A stretch of 21,809 bases of DNA, taken from positions 1-21,809 of IMG/VR virus record IMGVR_UViG_3300045988_138221. One strand, 5' to 3'. The position numbers and the translations under genes are program-made. How positions within the stretch are numbered: the first letter of the stretch is position 1; every line of letters starts with the position of its first letter. Shown here piece after piece: positions 15,561-21,328 of the stretch. This DNA is from a virus. A model generated the notes under the pieces. It was not told the origin of the DNA. It saw only the letters and a list, made by a program, of their open reading frames with translations, and searched no databases.

Positions 15561-15956
15561 ATGACAGAAAACGATATGGAGATTTTTGCCAAGACCATAT
15601 TTGGCGAAGCTAGAGGAGAAACACGCCAAGGACAAATTGCGGTGGCGTGTTGTATTTTGAACCGCTTTAAGTCTAAAAAATGGTTCTCAGCCAAAACAAT
15701 TGCCGGAGTATGTCAAAAGCCTTGGCAATTCAGTTGTTGGAACAAAAACGACCCGAACGCTCAAAAAATTGCAAAGTTAACATTCCCCTCATATTCAAAA
15801 TACTTCCCGGTAATAAAAGAAGCTATGCAGAAAGACATAACCAACGGAGCGACACATTATTATGCGCCTGCATTGGTTAAATGCCCTGTTTGGGCAAAAG
15901 GGAAAACACCTTGCGCAGAAATTGGAAGCCACTTATTTTTTAAGGACATAGACTAA
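15561..15956 (+). CDS. Endolysin, SleB-type cell wall hydrolase (Hydrolase_2 family) (131 aa)
   Basis: GGGGAG SD. The motif IFGEARGETRQGQIAVACCILNR...CQKPWQFSCWN...GATHYY is characteristic of the family. No signal peptide or SAR helix seen. Confidence 0.8.
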   Translation: MTENDMEIFAKTIFGEARGETRQGQIAVACCILNRFKSKKWFSAKTIAGVCQKPWQFSCWNKNDPNAQKIAKLTFPSYSKYFPVIKEAMQKDITNGATHYYAPALVKCPVWAKGKTPCAEIGSHLFFKDID

Positions 15957-16540
15957 TGTTATACGTTTATTCGATTTTAATTATTGCCGTTTCCTCTTTA
16001 CTTTGGAGAATTAGGGGCGGATTGTGGAAAGAATACATACCGGCAAATAAAATATGGTACGCTTTAGCTTTTGGTGCTTATGCGTGCATTTATTTTGGCT
16101 CGATGTGGGAAAATTTTATTGTCGGATTTATTGCGTGTTATACGAGCTATCAGCTTTATGGCTGGGGGCTTTATGTTGGACGACTGCTTAATGGCGGGGA
16201 ACTTAATCCGAATTTGGTGCAGTATCGAGAATGTGAATTGATTGATGACCTGTTATATCCTATGCATATCACTCTAAAAGGGCAGAAGTATTATCTTTAT
16301 CAACACCCAAGATTATTTGGCTTTTGTGGAACAACACTAACAGGGTTAATTATAACCTTTTTGTGGGGTCTGTATTTGGGAAACCTTGTCATTATGGTTT
16401 CAGGGCTTGGAATGGGGGCTGTTTACTGGATCGGTGGACAGATTGAAAAGATTTATCCACTCGGAAAATCCGGTTGGAATTGGGGCGAGTGGATTTTTGG
16501 AGCTTATTTGGGCGGCTGGCTGGTGTGGGTGATGCTATGA
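15956..16540 (+). CDS. Polytopic membrane protein of unknown function, about 6 TM segments (194 aa)
   Basis: TAATG coupling to the endolysin and ATGA-type overlap with the i-spanin. Six hydrophobic stretches rich in W/Y/G. No family recognised. Confidence 0.6.
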   Translation: MLYVYSILIIAVSSLLWRIRGGLWKEYIPANKIWYALAFGAYACIYFGSMWENFIVGFIACYTSYQLYGWGLYVGRLLNGGELNPNLVQYRECELIDDLLYPMHITLKGQKYYLYQHPRLFGFCGTTLTGLIITFLWGLYLGNLVIMVSGLGMGAVYWIGGQIEKIYPLGKSGWNWGEWIFGAYLGGWLVWVML

Positions 16541-16800
16541 AATATATTTTAGGATTAGCCGTTTTAATGTCGGTGTGGTGCTATTATCTTAATTATAGGA
16601 TAGATGTGTTAAAAAAAGAAAACACCACGCTACAAGCCGAAAAAAATAGCCTTTGCGACACTATAAGGGAGTACAAGAATGCGCAAGTGGAAGCCAATAA
16701 TGAAATCAAAAATTTACGAAAGAAAATCTCGGTGGATAAAACTGCTTTGGATTGGTATTATCGGCCTATTCCTGATAGCGTTAGCAAGCTGCTCAACTAG
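16537..16800 (+). CDS. i-spanin (Rz-like) (87 aa)
   Basis: N-terminal TM (ILGLAVLMSVWCYYL), a coiled-coil-like middle, and a C-terminal ...WYYRPIPDSVSKLL. Contains the start of an out-of-frame lipoprotein ORF. Confidence 0.7.
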   Translation: MKYILGLAVLMSVWCYYLNYRIDVLKKENTTLQAEKNSLCDTIREYKNAQVEANNEIKNLRKKISVDKTALDWYYRPIPDSVSKLLN

Positions 16801-16909
16801 GGTTGAATATATTAAACCGATTGCGCCTGATTGTGGGGTTATGAAAACCAACGGCGATTTAATGGATTGTTATATTAAATACAGGAATACACTAGATGAA
16901 AGAAATTAA
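16679..16909 (+). CDS. o-spanin (Rz1-like lipoprotein), overlapped architecture
   Basis: +1 frame ORF starting inside the i-spanin gene (Met at 16679 or 16700). Signal peptide with lipobox LIALAS|C. Short mature part containing Pro and Cys. Confidence 0.65.
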   Translation: MRKWKPIMKSKIYERKSRWIKLLWIGIIGLFLIALASCSTRVEYIKPIAPDCGVMKTNGDLMDCYIKYRNTLDERN

Positions 16910-17117
16910 AATGGTTGTTGTCGGCGAATATGCTTGTGCTGTAAAATTAGGGCGTTGTCCTATGTTTGCGATTGATAAAAAAGACAAACTCGGAGATATG
17001 GTTGCCGGATTGCGTGAAGACTATCCAGATTGTCAAATAGTGCATGGCGGAAAGAAAGAGCGAGCCGAAGCCGCCAAAAGAATAATTATGCAAAAAAATA
17101 TGAATGCCGGTAGATAA
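16896..17117 (+). CDS. Hypothetical protein (73 aa)
   Basis: AGGAA about 8 nt upstream. Followed by a strong terminator. No family recognised. Confidence 0.45.
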   Translation: MKEIKMVVVGEYACAVKLGRCPMFAIDKKDKLGDMVAGLREDYPDCQIVHGGKKERAEAAKRIIMQKNMNAGR

Positions 17118-17133
17118 CTCTGCCGGTTTTTTT
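17107..17133 (+). terminator. Rho-independent terminator ending the lysis operon
   Basis: CCGGTAGA-TAAC-TCTGCCGG (8 bp including one G.U pair), followed by TTTTTTT. Confidence 0.8.
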
Positions 17134-17153
17134 GTGGGGGGGGATTGTCAATA

Positions 17154-17570
17154 GTGCAGATTTGGACTGATGCGAGTTTTAATCCCAAAACAAAAGACGC
17201 CGGACTAGGCATAATTATCCGGCAATTAATCAAGGGTGGTATAAAAGAAACTCGGATAAACCTAAAAACAAAAGCCGAAGATTCGAATCAGGCGGAATTG
17301 CTTGCCATATACTACGCTCTCCAGAATATACAAGGAACGCCCAAAGAAGAGCCTATTTTCATCATCACAGACAGCAAGATAGCAATAGATAGCATATTGC
17401 ACCCAGAAACAAAAAAAGACAAATACAGAGCCATCGCAGAGCGAATTAGGGGGATGCTTTATTGCGAAAATTGGAGAATATATCACAAAACAGCTCACAC
17501 CAAACGACAAGACAGATATTCAATCCGCCAAGCCATAACTGATAAGTTGGCTAAAAAAGCCAGACAATAA
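17154..17570 (+). CDS. RNase HI-like ribonuclease (138 aa from GTG 17154; the track's TTG 17145 is an alternative start)
   Basis: All four RNase H carboxylate motifs are seen: QIWTDAS (D), NQAELLA (E), IITDSK (D), AITDKLAKKA (D), plus HKTAH in the GHxGH position. The G8 run 17136-17143 could serve as the SD, 10 nt upstream of the GTG. Confidence 0.75.
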   Translation: MQIWTDASFNPKTKDAGLGIIIRQLIKGGIKETRINLKTKAEDSNQAELLAIYYALQNIQGTPKEEPIFIITDSKIAIDSILHPETKKDKYRAIAERIRGMLYCENWRIYHKTAHTKRQDRYSIRQAITDKLAKKARQ

Positions 17571-17573
17571 AGG

Positions 17574-17604
17574 TTGACATCAGACAGAAAAAGAGTAAGA
17601 TAAT
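17574..17604 (+). promoter_or_regulatory. Candidate sigma70 promoter 4 nt after the RNase H stop
   Basis: TTGACA (17574-17579), then TAAGAT at a 16-nt spacer or GATAAT at a 19-nt spacer. Confidence 0.35.
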
Positions 17605-17606
17605 AT

Positions 17607-17681
17607 ATGAAAAAATGAATATTTGCCGTTATGTTTTTTCATCTCCGCACCCGATGCACTTTTGCAAAGGGTGTTTTTTTT
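17607..17681 (+). ncRNA. Candidate small RNA of about 70 nt (two stem-loops, the second being a terminator)
   Basis: SL1 is ATGAAAAAA (17607-17615) paired with TTTTTTCAT (17634-17642). SL2 is CACCC..TGCA-CTTT-TGCA..GGGTG followed by T8. Only a 36-codon ORF without an SD overlaps the region. Confidence 0.3.
17648..17681 (+). terminator. Rho-independent terminator
   Basis: CACCC-GA-TGCA-CTTT-TGCA-AA-GGGTG followed by eight T. Confidence 0.7.
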
Positions 17682-17683
17682 GG

Positions 17684-17712
17684 TTGACAATTACAATGTT
17701 TTGTTGTAATTT
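17684..17712 (+). promoter_or_regulatory. Promoter P1 with an embedded dyad operator (upstream of the exonuclease)
   Basis: TTGACA, then 17 nt, then TAATTT. The spacer carries AATTACAA-N7-TTGTAATT (17689-17711), overlapping both hexamers. Confidence 0.6.
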
Positions 17713-17742
17713 TACATTGTTTTAATAGTAAAGGAGATGAAA

Positions 17743-18624
17743 ATGACAATACAACAAATTAACAACATGAACAACGATGATGAATACTTCGCATTGCCGG
17801 CCCTTTCTGCCAGCCAGATTAAACAATTTAACGAGGGCGGCTGCGGAGCTTATAGATTTTGGCAATCATCACCACTCAACCCAAACAAAAAGACCAACGC
17901 AGACAAAGATGCAAGCGATGCCCTTGTGTTTGGAAAGCTGGCTCACTGTATGCTTCTTGAACCGGAAGAACTGGAGAAAAGATTTGTTGTCGCTGACTGG
18001 GGAGCCAAGGGCAGAGATACTGCCGCATACCGAAAATTTATAAAAGACTTTCCAGATGACCGCATTGTTGTATCATCTGAAGAATGGGAGCGAGCCGGAA
18101 CGATGATTGCAAGCCTAAGAGGGCATAAGTTGGCCGCAAGCATTATTTCCGGAGCAACAACCGAGCTCCCGATTGTTTGGAGAGATGACCAAACCGGATT
18201 ATTGATGAAATGCAAGGTAGATGCCATAAAACGCACAAAGAACGGCATTGTGGTTATTGACTATAAAACATCCGGCGAGATGGAGAGTTTCATCAAGTGG
18301 CCACACAAAAACAGCTATTATTTGCAAGATGCGGTATATCGTCAGGCAATTTTTGAAAAATACGGAGAATATCCGAGCGAGTTTATTTTTATCATGCAAT
18401 CCAAAAAGCCGGACGAAGAAGAAATGATTGCCATCCTGCGATACTGCATGGAAGACGTGGAATACGCAAAAGACCGAGCCAGATATCTTATAGACACCAT
18501 TGCCGAAAAATATAAACAATGGCTTGAAACCAAAGATGATAGCATCTGGCAACCATACCCAAACATCATTGAGCTACACTTAAGCCAATGGATAACAAAC
18601 AAGCAGGCAGAGGAAGAAATATAA
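17743..18624 (+). CDS. PD-(D/E)XK exonuclease, RecE/YqaJ-class recombination exonuclease (293 aa from ATG 17743)
   Basis: AAGGAG lies 6 nt upstream of ATG 17743 (ATG 17737 abuts the SD). Motifs GKLAHCMLLEPEE and KVDAIK...IVVIDYKTS fit D...(D/E)xK. Adjacent to recT. Confidence 0.7.
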   Translation: MTIQQINNMNNDDEYFALPALSASQIKQFNEGGCGAYRFWQSSPLNPNKKTNADKDASDALVFGKLAHCMLLEPEELEKRFVVADWGAKGRDTAAYRKFIKDFPDDRIVVSSEEWERAGTMIASLRGHKLAASIISGATTELPIVWRDDQTGLLMKCKVDAIKRTKNGIVVIDYKTSGEMESFIKWPHKNSYYLQDAVYRQAIFEKYGEYPSEFIFIMQSKKPDEEEMIAILRYCMEDVEYAKDRARYLIDTIAEKYKQWLETKDDSIWQPYPNIIELHLSQWITNKQAEEEI

Positions 18625-18632
18625 GCCTAACA

Positions 18633-18663
18633 AATCCCCGGAGAAAATCTGGGGATTTTTTTT
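18633..18663 (+). terminator. Rho-independent terminator
   Basis: AATCCCCGGA-GAAAA-TCTGGGGATT (10 bp including one G.U pair), followed by a T run. Confidence 0.8.
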
Positions 18664-18673
18664 GTTTTTTATA

Positions 18674-18702
18674 TTGACAATTACAAGAAAACATTATAAC
18701 TT
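18674..18702 (+). promoter_or_regulatory. Promoter P2, a paralogue of P1 (upstream of recT)
   Basis: TTGACAATTACAA is identical to P1. The -10 is TAACTT at a 17-nt spacer. A degenerate second half-site TTATAACT sits at the same offset. The downstream TTTA.A.TGTTTTAAT is conserved with P1. Confidence 0.6.
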
Positions 18703-18736
18703 TATAGTGTTTTAATTTTAATGAGAGGAAAAAACA

Positions 18737-19600
18737 ATGACGGAAAATGTTCCAGTAGTTCAAGAAACCAAAAAGGTTGACGTTGTTCAAAAATATGTGG
18801 ATGAATTATCAGCCGGATGGGTTCGAGTTTTGCCAAAGATTTGCACTCCGGAAAGATTTGCCAGAGTGGCAGTAACATGCATTAAAAAGAACAGCAAATT
18901 GATTTTGGCATTGCAAACTAAAGAGGGCAAAAAGAGCCTTGCCGAAGCATTTATGAAATGTGCCGAGCTTGGCATTGAGCCAGACGGCCGCAGAGCTTAT
19001 TTAATCCCTTACAAAAACGACATTCAACTGATTATAGACTACAAAGGCATTGCCGAGCTTGCCATGCGTAGCGGTATGATCAGCAACATTCATGCCGACA
19101 AAGTATGCGAGAATGACGAATTTGAATATAACATTGGCGAAATCACCAAACACCGCATTGACTTCCGCAAGCCTAGAGGGGAAGCCTATGCTTATTATTC
19201 AATCGTAACCTTTAAGGACGGCACCAAGAAATGCGAGGTTATGAGCAAAGATGAGATTGATGCCATCCGCAAGCGTTCAAAATCTCCGAACAATGGCCCA
19301 TGGGTAACGGACTATGATGAAATGGCGAAAAAAACAGTGTTCAAAAGATTGTCCAAATGGCTGCCATTAAGCCCAGAACTGCAAAAAGGCATTGATATTG
19401 ACAATGAAGAATATGAGCTGCCAAAGCAACCGCAACAGGGCTATGTTGAAGCCGACTATGAAGCCTTGCCGCTGGATGATGAAATCCCTAACTTTGACGA
19501 GAAAACCGGCGAGATTATAGAAGAACCGGAGCCGGAAGAACCAAAGGCACCGGAAGCACCGGCAGAGCAACCGCAACAACCACAAACAATGTTATTTTAA
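18737..19600 (+). CDS. recT: RecT-family single-strand annealing recombinase (287 aa)
   Basis: GAGAGG SD. LGIEPDGRRAYLIPYKNDIQLIIDYKGIAELAMRSGMISNIHADKV is typical RecT core sequence. Has an acidic, Pro-rich C-terminal tail. Confidence 0.8.
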   Translation: MTENVPVVQETKKVDVVQKYVDELSAGWVRVLPKICTPERFARVAVTCIKKNSKLILALQTKEGKKSLAEAFMKCAELGIEPDGRRAYLIPYKNDIQLIIDYKGIAELAMRSGMISNIHADKVCENDEFEYNIGEITKHRIDFRKPRGEAYAYYSIVTFKDGTKKCEVMSKDEIDAIRKRSKSPNNGPWVTDYDEMAKKTVFKRLSKWLPLSPELQKGIDIDNEEYELPKQPQQGYVEADYEALPLDDEIPNFDEKTGEIIEEPEPEEPKAPEAPAEQPQQPQTMLF

Positions 19601-19607
19601 TCAATCC

Positions 19608-19635
19608 GGGGAGCTTTACCGGCTCCCCACTTTTT
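19608..19635 (+). terminator. Rho-independent terminator
   Basis: GGGGAGCT-TTACC-GGCTCCCC followed by ACTTTTT. Confidence 0.65.
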
Positions 19636-19649
19636 GAGGAACAAATAAA

Positions 19650-20615
19650 ATGGAAAATACATTAATCGTTTTGAAAGACGAAACAGTAGCAAAATTTGAG
19701 TTTAACTTTGAAGAACTTAAAAAATGGGCTTTAGAAAAGGTGGAAAAATATCAAAATTTGATGATTACTGAAGACCAAGTCATTGACATCAAAAAAGAGA
19801 TGGCAGACATCAACAAATATGCCAAAGAGATTGATACCAAACGCAAAGAGTTTGAAAAGCAATACAAAGCACGCATTGACCCAGTTCTTGCCCAGATTTT
19901 GGAAATCAAAGGCATTTTTGACAGTGCATACAACGGCCTTAAAACTCAAGTGGATAGCTTTGAAGCTGCCGAGCGTGAAAAAAGACGTATTGCCGTTCAA
20001 GATTTGATTGATGAAACAATCCGCACCGAGGGATTGCAAGAATATGCAAACCGCTTTGCCATGCAAGAAAAATGGTTGAATAAGTCCACCAGCAAGAAAT
20101 CAATCAAAGATGACATCCAAATCATTGCCAACGACATCAAAGCATTGATTGAAGCACAAGAGCAAGCCAGAAAACAGCATGAAGAAAAGCTTGAGCTTGT
20201 AAAGACACTTTACAAAGCAAAGGTTGAAGCCTACGGCTTTGACATCAACAAAGAAGCCTATTTTTTATCTCAATGCCAATACACCACAGGTTTGGGGCTG
20301 ACAACCATGATTGAAAACTCTTTTGAAGCTGAAAAGAAATTCCGCATCCGTCAGGAAGAAATCAAAAAAGAGCAGGAAGCCAAAGCCGCTGCCGAAGCTG
20401 AAGCCAAGGCAAAAGAAGAAGCCGCTGAAATCACCCCAAAAGAAAGCGAAATCAAAGACTTAAGACAAGAAAATGCGGTTGATGAAATCACCCCAAAACA
20501 AGAAAAAATCCTTGGCGGCCGTGTTAGATTTACATTCAAGGAAAGCAATCTTGAGCAAATCAGAAACCTTATGAACCAAATAAAAGCCTTGTGCGAAACT
20601 TGGGAGAATGAGTAA
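19650..20615 (+). CDS. DUF1351-like recombination-module protein (321 aa, coiled-coil rich)
   Basis: GAGGAA SD. The N-terminus ...FEFNFEELKKWALEKVEKYQNLMITEDQVIDIKKEMADINK... resembles DUF1351 proteins that neighbour phage SSAPs (recollection). Confidence 0.55.
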   Translation: MENTLIVLKDETVAKFEFNFEELKKWALEKVEKYQNLMITEDQVIDIKKEMADINKYAKEIDTKRKEFEKQYKARIDPVLAQILEIKGIFDSAYNGLKTQVDSFEAAEREKRRIAVQDLIDETIRTEGLQEYANRFAMQEKWLNKSTSKKSIKDDIQIIANDIKALIEAQEQARKQHEEKLELVKTLYKAKVEAYGFDINKEAYFLSQCQYTTGLGLTTMIENSFEAEKKFRIRQEEIKKEQEAKAAAEAEAKAKEEAAEITPKESEIKDLRQENAVDEITPKQEKILGGRVRFTFKESNLEQIRNLMNQIKALCETWENE

Positions 20616-20731
20616 TGAACAATAAAAGTACACTTTTGGAATTATGCGAATACTTCGGGGAGCATCCGGACGACCTCGCAATCGTTATAACATTTTTGAT
20701 TTTTGCTTTTATTTTTGGGAGAAAGAAATGA
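20615..20731 (+). CDS. 38-aa membrane peptide (MNNKSTLLELCEYFGEHPDDLAIVITFLIFAFIFGRKK)
   Basis: Not in the ORF track. GGGAGAA lies 6 nt upstream. TAATG coupling to the upstream gene and ATGA coupling to the recombinase. One C-terminal TM followed by RKK. Confidence 0.45.
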   Translation: MNNKSTLLELCEYFGEHPDDLAIVITFLIFAFIFGRKK

Positions 20732-21321
20732 CAGTTTGGGCATATTATAGGGTTTCTACCGACAAACAAGACTACAATAGCCAAAAGTTAGGCGTTCTTG
20801 ATTATTGCGACAAAAACGGGCTAACTATTGAAAAAGAGGTTGTTGATGATGGTGTTTCGGGTTGTATCAAAGCAAAAGATAGAAACCTAAACAAAATTAT
20901 CAAAAACGGAAATAAAGGCGACTGGCTTATTGTTTCGGAGTTAAGCAGGCTCGGGCGTTCTACAATAGACGTTTTAGAGACGTGCCGAATATTCGGTAAA
21001 AAAGGAATAAATGTTTATCTTGTTAAACAATCTATAAAGCTTGATGAATCCCCTATGGGAAAGATGATTTTAGCGATATTATCAGCTTTTGCAGAAATGG
21101 AAAGGGATTTAATGATACAACGCTCAAAAGAGGGAATAGAAAGAGCGAGGCAACAGGGAAAGCACCTCGGCAGACCTTTCGGGTTTACTTATAGAAAATT
21201 AAACATTCAAGATGTTAAAACTCTTAGAGATACGGGGTTAGCAAAAGCAGAAATGGCAAGATTATTGAATTGCAACTGGAACACTTTACACCGTTTTATG
21301 AAAGAAAATAAAATTGATTAA
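20728..21321 (+). CDS. Small serine recombinase, resolvase/invertase family (197 aa)
   Basis: GGGAGA SD lies 6 nt upstream of ATG 20728 (the track's 20644 start is unlikely). N-terminal YYRVSTDKQ carries the catalytic Ser. Also seen: SRLGRS, AFAEMERDLMIQRSKEGIERARQQGKHLGRP, and a C-terminal HTH (AEMARLLNCNWNTLHRFM). Confidence 0.85.
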   Translation: MTVWAYYRVSTDKQDYNSQKLGVLDYCDKNGLTIEKEVVDDGVSGCIKAKDRNLNKIIKNGNKGDWLIVSELSRLGRSTIDVLETCRIFGKKGINVYLVKQSIKLDESPMGKMILAILSAFAEMERDLMIQRSKEGIERARQQGKHLGRPFGFTYRKLNIQDVKTLRDTGLAKAEMARLLNCNWNTLHRFMKENKID

Positions 21322-21328
21322 AAATTTG

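Noticed and set aside
17615-17725. 36-codon ORF MNICRYVFSSPHPMHFCKGCFFWLTITMFCCNFTLF in the RNase H to exonuclease gap.
   Set aside because: It has no SD, runs through a terminator and promoter P1, and is Cys/Phe-rich nonsense-like. The region is better explained as RNA structure and regulatory DNA.
20644-20727. N-terminal extension of the recombinase suggested by the ORF track (start at 20644). The same issue applies to the track starts 876, 13186, 15549 and 17737.
   Set aside because: Internal starts at 20728, 903, 13219, 15561 and 17743 have properly spaced SD sequences and/or stop-start coupling. The longer versions begin without an SD or abut it.
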